Source: a bacterium (lineage in GTDB: Bacteria > Bacillota > Sulfobacillia > UBA995). From it: a DNA stretch of 64,000 nt. The stretch is from NCBI GenBank assembly GCA_031082145.1, contig JAVHLP010000008.1:8818-72817 (forward strand), in the 5' to 3' direction. Below, one piece after another: positions 55,950 through 64,000 of this stretch (the stretch's first letter is position 1; each line of letters opens with the position of its first letter). Both the position numbers and the translations under genes were made by a program. The notes under the pieces are model-generated. The model was not told where the DNA came from and searched no databases. It saw only the letters and a program-made list of their open reading frames with translations.

Positions 55950-57023
55950 GTGAGCAAGCCTGCCAAGCGACCCTTCTCCAACATTGAGATTGTCGGCTTC
56001 TGTGTTCTGGGCCTGGTCCTCCTGGGGCTCTTCTTCAACCCGGGCTTCGTGGGCGGCATCTTCAACGCCATGGTGAACCGGGTGAAGGCGGTCGTGGTGG
56101 ACATCTACCTCATGGGCACGCTGGCCGTAGCCATCATCACTAGCGTGATCATGGGCCGGGTCCTGGAGCGGCTCGGCCTCACCGACGCCTTGCTGCGGGT
56201 GTTCATGCCGGTCGCCTCGTGGCTGAACATCAACCCCACGGTGGTCGTGCCCGGGGTGTACAATATCCTGGGTGACATCAACGCCGCCGGCCGTATCGCG
56301 GCTCCGGTGCTCAAGAAGGCAGGAGCGACCAAGGACGAGCAGAAGATCGCCGTCGCTACCATGGTCAACTCCCAGCAGTCCTTCTCCACTTTCATGCTCG
56401 GCCTGATCGCCCTCACCGCTGCGGGCATCTGGGCCTTCCCGGTCGTCATCATCGCCATCTTTGGTCCTCTCGTCATCGTACCCTTGCTTCTCGGCAAGAC
56501 CATCTACCGCAAGACGAAGCGGGTGGAGCTGGCCGAACTCCCCGCCTTTACCCCGAAGACCGGCGCCCTGCCAACCTTGTTTGGCGCCGGCCGGGAAGGG
56601 GCCGAGCTTGTGTTCCTGCTGATCATCCCCGCGGCCACGGTCGTCTTCGCCATCATCGGCGCCCTGGACTTCATCGGGATCTGGAAGTCCATCGAGGCCG
56701 GGCTGACCAGCGGGCTGCAGGCACTGTCCATTGACCCCCAGACCGGCATTCTGTCCGTGCTGGCCTCGCCCACCCTGGCCATGAGTATCTTGAAGGACAA
56801 CGCCGCCAACCTCGCCCCGGCCATGGTGCTGGGGTCGTTCGTGCTGGCGGCGTCCGGCCTGCCCCTGCAGGTCGTGTTTGGCCAGGTCCCGGCCGTATGG
56901 GCGGCCAACTCCGATCTCAACGAGCGGGAGGCCATGGAGGCCGCCGTCATCGGCAGCGTGTTCCGCGTGATCACTGCCGTGGTGCTGGCCCTGGTCCTGA
57001 CCCCGCTACTCATGATCCGCTAG
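55950..57023 (+). CDS. polytopic membrane protein (nucleoside-recognition / Gate-domain-like transporter)
   Basis: The GTG start follows AGAGGAGGT. The product has about 10 TM helices. The family call is tentative. Confidence 0.45.
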   Translation: MSKPAKRPFSNIEIVGFCVLGLVLLGLFFNPGFVGGIFNAMVNRVKAVVVDIYLMGTLAVAIITSVIMGRVLERLGLTDALLRVFMPVASWLNINPTVVVPGVYNILGDINAAGRIAAPVLKKAGATKDEQKIAVATMVNSQQSFSTFMLGLIALTAAGIWAFPVVIIAIFGPLVIVPLLLGKTIYRKTKRVELAELPAFTPKTGALPTLFGAGREGAELVFLLIIPAATVVFAIIGALDFIGIWKSIEAGLTSGLQALSIDPQTGILSVLASPTLAMSILKDNAANLAPAMVLGSFVLAASGLPLQVVFGQVPAVWAANSDLNEREAMEAAVIGSVFRVITAVVLALVLTPLLMIR

Positions 57024-57035
57024 CCGGATACGCAA

Positions 57036-57073
57036 GAACGCCCCCTCCTTCAAGAGGGGGCGTTCTGTCTTCC
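57036..57073. terminator. bidirectional rho-independent terminator between convergent genes
   Basis: GAACGCCCCCTC-CTTCAA-GAGGGGGCGTTC is a perfect 12-bp stem, followed by TGTCTTCC on the plus strand and flanked by T-containing sequence on the minus strand. Confidence 0.55.
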
Positions 57074-57080
57074 TCCGAAC

Positions 57081-57542
57081 TCAGTGCAGCAGGGGCTCGA
57101 GATCCACCACGAACGCTCCCCGTGACTCCCAGTCTATCCTGACGTCCGGTCGCCCCAAGGGTATGTCCAGCGATCGGCCCTGCTCGGGATCGGTGATCCG
57201 CAACGAGAACTCGCTGCCGAAGAGCCCCACGTCGAGCACGGCGTTGGTGTCGACGTGTAGCTTGAGCCCCCGGTAGTTGTCGCCAATCTCGCTGCTGACG
57301 GCAGGCAACGCTTCCAGCGGCCCCAACCCCAGCCCGGCAGCAGTTGACTCGTGGCCATAGGCCGCCTCCCGCCCACAGGCGGCCACCCGCTTGCCCAGGA
57401 TGACCATTCCGTTTATCAGGTAGCGATCCAACCCCCGGCTGCCCGCCACCGGCTCGCCCGACCGGGTCAGGTGGAGTTCGAACCGGGTAGTGTCGTCCAC
57501 CGACAACGAGGTCTCGGTATAGAGCTCCACGCCCAGCTTCAC
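57081..57542 (-). CDS. hypothetical protein downstream of the MNIO gene
   Basis: The GTG at 57542 follows GGAAGGGGGTGAGG. The product is 154 aa. I recognise no family. It could be an MNIO partner protein. Confidence 0.35.
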   Translation of the reverse strand: MKLGVELYTETSLSVDDTTRFELHLTRSGEPVAGSRGLDRYLINGMVILGKRVAACGREAAYGHESTAAGLGLGPLEALPAVSSEIGDNYRGLKLHVDTNAVLDVGLFGSEFSLRITDPEQGRSLDIPLGRPDVRIDWESRGAFVVDLEPLLH

Positions 57543-57621
57543 CTGCCTCACCCCCTTCCGCTGGCCGCGTTCCAGGCTATGCGGGACATCTGTCAGGGGT
57601 GAGCGGGCGGGCCGATGGGAC

Positions 57622-58422
57622 TCAGTCCAGCAGCTCGCGCAGTCGCCCCATCTGACGCCGGAGTGCCCCGGGATCACTGCGGATCTGATCCTGCTCTCTC
57701 ATGCCGCCGTACTCCAGGGTCAACACCCGCGGCCGGCACCGATGCAGCGCCCACCGCAGCAGTTCGTAGCCTTCGCCGCCGATCTCCTCGTGCCAGTCAT
57801 CCAGCACGCCGTCGACGACCGCCGGCCCGGAGATATGGATCTCCTCCACGCGATCCAGCGGCAGCCAGGAGAGGTAGTCCCCCACGGTTTCGCCCCGGTA
57901 CCACGATGTGACCTGCGCATGAGCCAGGTCCAAGAGGAACTGGCAGCCGGCGGCGTCCACCACCCGGCTGATGAACCGGGGGTCACCGGTGAAGGCGGGG
58001 AATGCGGGTTGCCCCAGGGCGGGCACGCCCACCGGCTCGTTCTCCAGGTGCACGGGCAGGAGGGTGGTCGCCTCCAGGATTCGCACGTCGGCAACGATCC
58101 GCTCTAGGACGATGTCGGCGCCGACGGCTTCGAGATCCATCGCCGGGTAGCCGAGATGTACGGAGAGATAGCGGGAACCGGCCAGCTTAATAGCTTGCAG
58201 CAGGCTATGCGGGTCGAACTCCCCGGCGAAACGGTCATCTCCGGGGCTCGAGGTCTGGACTAGCCCATGAAGCAGTATTCTCCCCGCTTGGTAGAGCCCT
58301 CGAAGAGCGTCCTGGTGGGCGAGCAAGGTCCGGGGGTACATTTTGACCAGGTCAACCAGGTCCGGTTCTCTCTCCAGCAGGGCCAAGAGCGCCGGCGAGC
58401 AGTTTGCGGCAAGCAGGGTCAC
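57622..58422 (-). CDS. DUF692 / MNIO (MbnB/TglH-like multinuclear non-heme iron oxidative enzyme)
   Basis: The product is colinear with MbnB blocks: LENEPVGVPA matches LYLENYPSI, FLLDLAHAQVTSWYRG matches VLFDASNAICAQNNTG, EIHISG matches HFHVAGYG, and TLEYGGMREQD matches TYERDFD. Its start overlaps the stop of the permease fragment (ATGA). Confidence 0.7.
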   Translation of the reverse strand: MTLLAANCSPALLALLEREPDLVDLVKMYPRTLLAHQDALRGLYQAGRILLHGLVQTSSPGDDRFAGEFDPHSLLQAIKLAGSRYLSVHLGYPAMDLEAVGADIVLERIVADVRILEATTLLPVHLENEPVGVPALGQPAFPAFTGDPRFISRVVDAAGCQFLLDLAHAQVTSWYRGETVGDYLSWLPLDRVEEIHISGPAVVDGVLDDWHEEIGGEGYELLRWALHRCRPRVLTLEYGGMREQDQIRSDPGALRRQMGRLRELLD

Positions 58423-58709
58423 GGCATCAACCTCCCGGGACTATATGACGGAATCGGGGGCACAACGGTCTCGACGGTCAGGGAGGCCGGTACTCGACCC
58501 GGCGACTCATACCGCAAGGCCGCCACCGGCTCCATGCGCGCGGCCCGCCGGGCCGGCCACATCCCGAAGAACAGCCCCACCGCCAGTGAGAAGCCGAAGG
58601 CTAGTCCTATCCCCCACCACGATGTGGCCACGGGCAGGTGGCGGATGAGCCGGGCGGCCAGCCTGGCTCCCCCGATCCCCACGGCGATCCCGATCAGCCC
58701 GCCGGCCAC
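58419..58709 (-). pseudogene. displaced 3' fragment of the FtsX-type ABC permease gene
   Basis: The 96-aa ORF is about 95% identical to the C-terminus of the intact permease (62082..63260) but continues ...ALRYESPGRV... into the MNIO start. Confidence 0.7.
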
Positions 58710-58727
58710 GGAGAGAACGGCGGCCTC
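58516..58727. repeat. direct repeat, left copy (~210 bp), flanking the inserted island
   Basis: It matches 62094-62306 at about 96% identity, with about 7 mismatches and one 1-nt indel by eye. Confidence 0.8.
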
Positions 58728-59039
58728 CAGTCTTTGCTGCCGTTACTCCTTCGGCCGTGAGCACGATGGGTCCGACGGCATTACGTACCACCAACCCCGG
58801 GAGAGATGACGATGTCAGCATCTGTCTCCCCTGCGGCGTACGGCGCACGCTGGACGCTGGGCAGGAGGACTACTAGTGCTGACTTCGAGACCAGAACCAT
58901 CTCCCTCCTCTCGCGTGGGAAGGGCTTGGCCCAACCCCTCGGCCTAACGGCACCTGAGGAGCGGGGTATGGCGCGACGCCGCGTCATACCCCTCGCTCTC
59001 CATGCGCTTGTTCGGCACACCGAGATCGCGCCCGGCACC

Positions 59040-59390
59040 TCACTTCTGCTTCTCCGCCGCCCCTTCCATCCGCAGTTTCTGCAAGAGTGGCGCAGCTTCC
59101 ATAATGCTCTTCAGTCCTGCCTGCGGGACACAAGCGAGTCGCGAGAGCATGTCAAGGTCGTCACGATGGGCAAGTTTCCCATCACATGCACAACGGGAGT
59201 TGCATGGGCACTGGCTGCCGTTCCGTGAATCACAAGGGCAGTGACCCTCACAGCATTTCGATGCAGCTGATATGTCGAAGGTGGGTAGCTTCGCCGCTGC
59301 GAGGGCCGGCACCACTGCGAGTGATAGCTGCTCAGCAATGCTCTTCGCCAGCGCGCTCAACTCCTCCGTCCTGAGGACCTCTGACATCAT
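59040..59390 (-). CDS. Cys-rich 117-aa protein (candidate RiPP precursor or metal-binding peptide)
   Basis: An AAAGGAG RBS lies 6 nt before the ATGATG at 59390. The core CCEGHCPCDSRNGSQCPCNSRCACDG has 8 Cys in 26 residues, with predicted helical leader-like N- and C-terminal flanks. The listed ORF start at 59501 is less likely. Confidence 0.5.
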   Translation of the reverse strand: MMSEVLRTEELSALAKSIAEQLSLAVVPALAAAKLPTFDISAASKCCEGHCPCDSRNGSQCPCNSRCACDGKLAHRDDLDMLSRLACVPQAGLKSIMEAAPLLQKLRMEGAAEKQK

Positions 59391-59439
59391 CGCCAGCTCC
59401 TTTCGTTCGAAGGCTCCTCCCTTTCCCGTCACAGCCGCG

Positions 59440-60912
59440 TCACACCAAAGCATCACCTCCTCCCGTCTGGCTGGGGGCAAACAGAGTGCATAGCAGCTCA
59501 TCGGCCGTGATATTGCGGGTGAGGAAGCATCGTTGCAGTGCCTCGGAGCCTATCACAGCCTGCAAGCCGCCCAGCGCCGCTTTGGCGATGCAGTCGCCGC
59601 CGCAGTTCCACTTCACGAAACAGTCTCGACACCGCTCAATCCCTGTGACGTCGAGGCTCCTGAGCCGGCGCACCTTGTTGTTGTCAAGGACGAACGCATT
59701 CAACGATGGGTCGTAGCACCCATAGATGAACATGTCCCCACGAGGATCTGATAGGTCAAGAACTTCGTAACAAGAGGACACGAATCCGTCCGTTGAGACG
59801 CAGAAGTTCAAGTCGGGTCCGTAGGCGCTACAGAAGCTCGATCGGAGACCATCCAACCGGCAACTTGACAGGCCGATCTGCATTCCGTTCTGGCGTCCAA
59901 ACGCACTGGCTTCTCGGAAATGGATCAAGAACTTCGACATGAGATCGGAGTCTGCCAGACCAGCGTCACGAGCACGCCCGGTCTCGCACACCGGCTCGAA
60001 GTTGATGTACCGGCATTTCGTCTTCTCGCGGACAAACACGGCAAAGTCCTTCATGCTCTGTACGCCGATGGAAGTGACCGTGCTGCGGATGCAGTAGTCC
60101 ACATGGTGCTCCTCCAGCAGCCTCAGTGAGCGCATGAGCGTCTCAAAGCTGCTCGCGCCGCTCCGCAATGGCCGCTGGACGTCCATGATCTCTTGTAGGC
60201 CATCCATTGAGATACCGACACGGAAGCCATGCTCTGCGAGGAATGATGCTTTGGCCGTGCTCAGAATGCCATTAGTTACCAACGAGAACCGCGGGGTTAG
60301 CCCCTCTCGATCGCAGAGGTCTTCTGCCAAGAGCACCGATTGGCGGAGAAGGGGCCAATTGGCCGTGGGCTCTCCCTGGCCGTGAAACTCGACCTCAAAC
60401 GTGTCCTTCGATCTGGCAACCGAATTGTCGAAGACAGTGCGCAGGGCCGCTTCTGCCGTCTTCCAAGACATTGCGCGGGGGCTGTCGCCACCGTGAATGT
60501 AGCAGTAGATGCAGGCCATTTGGCAAGCCGATGTAAGCGAGAGCGTAAGCTGTGTGGGGAGAAAATCATCTTCTTGATGCCCATTGCACATGCGAGGGTG
60601 CAGTCTTGCCTTCGTATCGAGGAGACGGATCAAGTCCTCATCGGGCTTGATCTCACATTCCGAGAGGCACGTCGACATTGAGGCGGTCGGATTGAGCAAG
60701 ATGCTGGCGAGACCCGCGCCGGTAATGAGGACCAGCAAACCCTGAAGGGGAGAATACAGCAGATACCCGTCGAGATAAGGTATGGCAAACAGGTCGTCTC
60801 CTACCACGAACCAGGAGTCGCTACCGTGGTACCGAACGCACTCACTCAGCCGTGCTTGGAGTGCAGCCTCGGTTGAGAGTTGTTGCAGCGACAACGGAGC
60901 GCGCTGTGCCAT
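59440..60912 (-). CDS. radical SAM enzyme with C-terminal SPASM domain
   Basis: CQMACIYC is a CxxxCxxC motif about 130 aa from the N-terminus. The C-terminal Cys cluster reads CRLDGLRSSFC...CYE...CRDCFVKWNCGGDC. Length is 490 aa. Confidence 0.8.
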   Translation of the reverse strand: MAQRAPLSLQQLSTEAALQARLSECVRYHGSDSWFVVGDDLFAIPYLDGYLLYSPLQGLLVLITGAGLASILLNPTASMSTCLSECEIKPDEDLIRLLDTKARLHPRMCNGHQEDDFLPTQLTLSLTSACQMACIYCYIHGGDSPRAMSWKTAEAALRTVFDNSVARSKDTFEVEFHGQGEPTANWPLLRQSVLLAEDLCDREGLTPRFSLVTNGILSTAKASFLAEHGFRVGISMDGLQEIMDVQRPLRSGASSFETLMRSLRLLEEHHVDYCIRSTVTSIGVQSMKDFAVFVREKTKCRYINFEPVCETGRARDAGLADSDLMSKFLIHFREASAFGRQNGMQIGLSSCRLDGLRSSFCSAYGPDLNFCVSTDGFVSSCYEVLDLSDPRGDMFIYGCYDPSLNAFVLDNNKVRRLRSLDVTGIERCRDCFVKWNCGGDCIAKAALGGLQAVIGSEALQRCFLTRNITADELLCTLFAPSQTGGGDALV

Positions 60913-61448
60913 TGAGTGTCACTTGCCTTTCTGTCCTGTACCTGCCGGAGGAAACGCTCTGAGCGGCTTGAAAACCACCGAACCCTGGCTCCGCGACGTC
61001 GCAGCCCATGCCTGCTGCCAATATCTGGGTTCACCGTGTACGCGGTGACTCCTCTTTGTAGCCCGCTGGTTGGGTCGACACCGTCAACGCTTCTGCGCGC
61101 TCCCGAGTCCCGCGAAGGACATGGGCCAACAAGGAGGTCGCTTCCTCCAGGTTCATGGGCGGGAGGGGAGACTGGAACCTACCTGGGCATGCCGCCGCGA
61201 CTCCTGCGGTGTTGGCTGTCTGAGTGAACCGAGTCCCCACCGAGAGTGCCCGCCAGTATGTCGGTTCCGAGGGCACGATAGTGGCAGCTGCCCGTGAGCC
61301 CCGTGACATCGAGCGTTCACTGCGGCGGGCCGACGGTTGGCCGCGCTAACCTGCGTCAACCGTAGTGCATCGGACTGGGCACCGACGGCCGGTGTCAGGT
61401 GGAGCGGATGTCAGCCTGTCGTCTTCCCGGCAAGGGACGCTGGTGAGG

Positions 61449-62060
61449 TTACCACGAGTAGCAGCGGAGCTCGACGTTCACCTCATCGAGGCTGAAGTGG
61501 TCAGGGTCCCACGGCCCGCCAAGCCACGCCACCATCTCGTCGTGCTCCTCGCGGGCGGGATCGGCGATGATCTCCAGTAGGCGGTAATAACCCCCGATGC
61601 CGCCGCAGTCCTCGGGCGGGCAGGCTCGCCGCCCGGCCAGGCAGGTCGGGCAGGTCACACTCTCCTGGGCCGGCAGGATCCGCTCCACCTTGACCGAGTG
61701 CCTCCAGCCGTCCCCGTAGTCATACTCGTACAGGAACGTGCTCCCCTCGAAAGGGACCAATCGCTGCAGCACCGCCCTTGTGGCCTCGCGCATGTCGAAC
61801 CAGGGATCGTCCTCGAGTTCCTCACCGTACTCCTCGCCGGCAATCCTGAAACGGTACAGATGGCAGTTCAGCCACCCCATGGCGATCTGAATGGCCATGT
61901 GCAGCCCGGCCAGGGTAATGTTACCCGGCACCTGGAGCCGCCGCCAGATCGGGGGCTTGCTGCCGCCGAGAGTGACTTTGAGCTGGTAGACACGCCTGGG
62001 TGAGGCCCGCCGCGTCCGCTGCGGACCCGCTTGCCGCCCGATCTCCTGTTGCCGTGACAA
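61449..62060 (-). CDS. pRiA4b ORF-3-like family protein
   Basis: VYQLKVTLGGSKPPIWRRLQVPGNITLAGLHMAIQIAMGWLNCHLYRF matches the PF07929-type N-terminal signature, a family often seen on plasmids and transposon-like elements. Confidence 0.6.
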   Translation of the reverse strand: MSRQQEIGRQAGPQRTRRASPRRVYQLKVTLGGSKPPIWRRLQVPGNITLAGLHMAIQIAMGWLNCHLYRFRIAGEEYGEELEDDPWFDMREATRAVLQRLVPFEGSTFLYEYDYGDGWRHSVKVERILPAQESVTCPTCLAGRRACPPEDCGGIGGYYRLLEIIADPAREEHDEMVAWLGGPWDPDHFSLDEVNVELRCYSW

Positions 62061-62081
62061 ATCTATCCCATCCTCTGCCGC

Positions 62082-63260
62082 TTAGTCGTGTCGAAGGGCC
62101 GCCACCGGCTCCATGCGCGCGGCCCGCCGGGCCGGCCACACACCGAAGAACAGCCCCACCGCCAGTGAGAAGCCGAAGGCCAGTCCTATCCCCCACCACG
62201 ATGTGGCGACGGGCAGGTGGCGGATGAGCCGGGCGGCCAGCCTGGCTCCCCCGATCCCCACAGCAATCCCGATCAGGCCGCCGACCACGGAGAGAACGGC
62301 GGCCTCGACCAGGAACTGTAACAGCACGTCCCGGTCGCGAGCGCCGACGGCCTTGCGGATCCCGATCTCGTGGGTGCGCTCGGTGACGGTTGCCAGCATG
62401 ATATTCATGATCCCGATCCCGCCGACGATCAGCGAGATGCTGGCTATCCCGGTCAGGACCCCGGTCAGGATGGTGAGGACGGAGTCGATGGCGTCGATCA
62501 TGGCCTGCTGGTGCAGGACCCCGACCCCCGCGCCGCTGTGGCGTTCCTTCAGGAGGCTCTCGATCTCGTCCGCCAGCGCGGCGACCTTGGCCGTGCTCTC
62601 CGCTCTCACGGCGATGTGGCCTAGCTCGGTCCGCAGGCCCAGCTCATCGGCAGCTTCCAGGCTGATATAACTACGCCGGTCGAAGTTGTACATGAGAACC
62701 GACGGCTGCGGGGCAAGCACGCCGCGGACCGTGAAGGCGGTATCGGCCAGCAGTACCTCCTGGCCGACGGCGCTCCCACCGGGGAACAGGGAGACCGACA
62801 GTCTGGCTCCCAGGACGATCCCCCGGCGGTCACCGGCTGCCAGGAAGCAGCCGTCGGCCAGGGACAGGCGGAAGGCCGCCTCCGCAGCCGGTTCGGTCGC
62901 CACCACGGTGCCGGTCACCCGCAAATCCCCGGCCGCCAGTTCACCTGAGGAATCCGCCACCGAGCAGGCTGCCAGGACACCCTCCAGCCGGGAGATGGCA
63001 GCGGTATCGGCCGGGGTGAGCCGGGCCGGGGGCCGGGAGCCGCGGGGCGCCGGCCCCATGCCCCCGCCGGTCACCATCAGGTGGTCGGGGGACATATCGC
63101 CCAACCGCCCGGTGGCCTCCTCCCTCGCCCCCTGGCCAATGGACACCAATGACACCACGGCGGCCACGCCGATGATGACGCCCAGCATGGTGAGACCCGA
63201 GCGGAGCTTGTTGGCCCCCATTCCATCCAGGGCCAGCCTGGCATAAGCCAGCAAGGTCAT
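62082..63260 (-). CDS. ABC transporter permease, FtsX/MacB-like
   Basis: It has an N-terminal TM segment, a periplasmic domain and three C-terminal TM helices with the ...IGIRKAVGA motif. Its start overlaps the ATPase stop by 4 nt. Confidence 0.85.
   Translation of the reverse strand: MTLLAYARLALDGMGANKLRSGLTMLGVIIGVAAVVSLVSIGQGAREEATGRLGDMSPDHLMVTGGGMGPAPRGSRPPARLTPADTAAISRLEGVLAACSVADSSGELAAGDLRVTGTVVATEPAAEAAFRLSLADGCFLAAGDRRGIVLGARLSVSLFPGGSAVGQEVLLADTAFTVRGVLAPQPSVLMYNFDRRSYISLEAADELGLRTELGHIAVRAESTAKVAALADEIESLLKERHSGAGVGVLHQQAMIDAIDSVLTILTGVLTGIASISLIVGGIGIMNIMLATVTERTHEIGIRKAVGARDRDVLLQFLVEAAVLSVVGGLIGIAVGIGGARLAARLIRHLPVATSWWGIGLAFGFSLAVGLFFGVWPARRAARMEPVAALRHD
62094..62306. repeat. 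direct repeat, right copy (~210 bp), forming the 3' end of the intact permease gene
   Basis: It matches 58516-58727. The junction with the island falls exactly after the ...AALR codon, and island sequence supplies the last residues HD and the stop. Confidence 0.8.
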
Positions 63261-63955
63261 AGGCCCGCCCTCCTCTCGTCCCGGCTCACGCGGCCATCCC
63301 GGACCTCTATAATCCGGGGGGCGGCGGCGGCGATCTCGGGGTTGTGGGTAACAAGGATCAGCGTCCGGCCCTGCCGGTTGAGTGAGCCGAACAGGTCCAG
63401 GATCTCCCGGCCGGTACGGGTGTCCAGGTTGCCCGTGGGTTCGTCGGCCAGTATGAGACCGGGGTCGTTGACCAGCGCCCGGGCTATGGCCACCCGCTGC
63501 TGCTCGCCCCCGGACAGCTCACCGGGGCGGTGGGTCAGCCGATCCCCCAAGCCGACCTGCTCCAGGACACCCCCGGCCCGCTGCCGGGCCGCCCGCGGCG
63601 CTACCCCGGCATAGGTCAGGGGAAGAACCACGTTGTCCAGCGCGGCCAGGCGGCTCAGCAGGTTGAAGGTCTGGAAGACGAACCCCAGCCGCCGGTTCCT
63701 CAGCCGGGCCAGACCATCACCGGTCAGAGCAGTCACGTCTTGGCCGTCAAAGCGGTACCGGCCCGATGATGGCCGGTCCAAACACCCCAGGATATGCATC
63801 AAAGTTGACTTACCCGAACCCGACGGCCCGATGATGGAGACGAACTCGCCGGCATCAACGGCGAGGTTGACCCCCCGCAGGGCGTCAACGCTACCCCGTC
63901 CCTGGCCGTATACCTTGGTGAGCTCCTCCACTTCCAAGAGAGGCATCAGCCGCAT
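63257..63955 (-). CDS. ABC transporter ATP-binding protein (MacB/LolD-like)
   Basis: Walker A GPSGSGKST, the signature LSGGEQQRVAIARAL, Walker B ILADEPTGNLD and the H-loop are all present. Confidence 0.9.
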   Translation of the reverse strand: MRLMPLLEVEELTKVYGQGRGSVDALRGVNLAVDAGEFVSIIGPSGSGKSTLMHILGCLDRPSSGRYRFDGQDVTALTGDGLARLRNRRLGFVFQTFNLLSRLAALDNVVLPLTYAGVAPRAARQRAGGVLEQVGLGDRLTHRPGELSGGEQQRVAIARALVNDPGLILADEPTGNLDTRTGREILDLFGSLNRQGRTLILVTHNPEIAAAAPRIIEVRDGRVSRDERRAGL

Positions 63956-64000
63956 CCCTCCGTCCAGCCTCGGATTTCCCTCTGGACCGCCGTTATCCTG

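Larger units (their letters stand above)
58728..62093. mobile_element. ~3.4-kb lower-GC inserted island (integrated-element remnant) carrying radical-SAM/SPASM, Cys-rich peptide and pRiA4b-ORF3-like genes
   Basis: The region is bounded by the 210-bp direct repeats. Codon third positions are much less GC-biased than the flanking genes. No integrase or transposase lies inside it. Confidence 0.55.

Noticed and set aside
58806-59228. 140-aa plus-strand ORF inside the island
   Set aside because: It overlaps the Cys-rich minus-strand gene and the downstream hairpin, has no RBS, and the minus-strand gene has the better start context and a cargo-consistent product.
58728-62093. Search for an integrase, transposase or tRNA gene within or next to the island
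   Set aside because: Nothing was found. The only mobility-associated signature is the pRiA4b-ORF3-like protein, so the island is called an integrated-element remnant rather than a defined IS or ICE.

Overview
This 64-kb window is about 70% GC, gene-dense, and comes from a bacterial chromosome. The gene content (two YheC/YheD-type ATP-grasp genes, a CotH kinase, a polysaccharide deacetylase, M14 gamma-glutamyl-type peptidases, Nif3/COG1579 and RNase HIII genes) points to an endospore-forming high-GC Firmicute-like organism; that is an inference, not a database identification. I call about 60 protein genes, one RNase P RNA gene (rnpB, minus strand), several terminators and regulatory repeats, and two lower-GC regions that look horizontally acquired. 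The most interesting signals are these. (1) A 3.4-kb low-GC insertion at 58.7-62.1 kb flanked by 210-bp direct repeats that duplicate the 3' end of an FtsX-type ABC permease gene; it carries a radical-SAM/SPASM enzyme, a Cys-rich 117-aa candidate precursor and a pRiA4b-ORF3-like protein, and sits between the permease and a translationally coupled DUF692/MNIO (MbnB-like) gene. (2) An uncharacterised module at 8-17 kb: two YheC/YheD ATP-grasp ligases, an amidoligase fusion (ATP-grasp C-lobe remnant plus glutamine-synthetase-like domain), a secreted protein with five tandem M14 carboxypeptidase-like domains of which only the first keeps its zinc ligands, and a single-domain M14 paralog. Both M14 genes carry a shared ~87-nt conserved upstream element. 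A second amidoligase paralog at 48 kb is bracketed by two large TPR proteins. (3) A lower-GC CotH/DUF4956/VTC/two-component cluster next to rnpB. Many of the long ORFs in the six-frame track are antisense high-GC artefacts; I have rejected them explicitly below.
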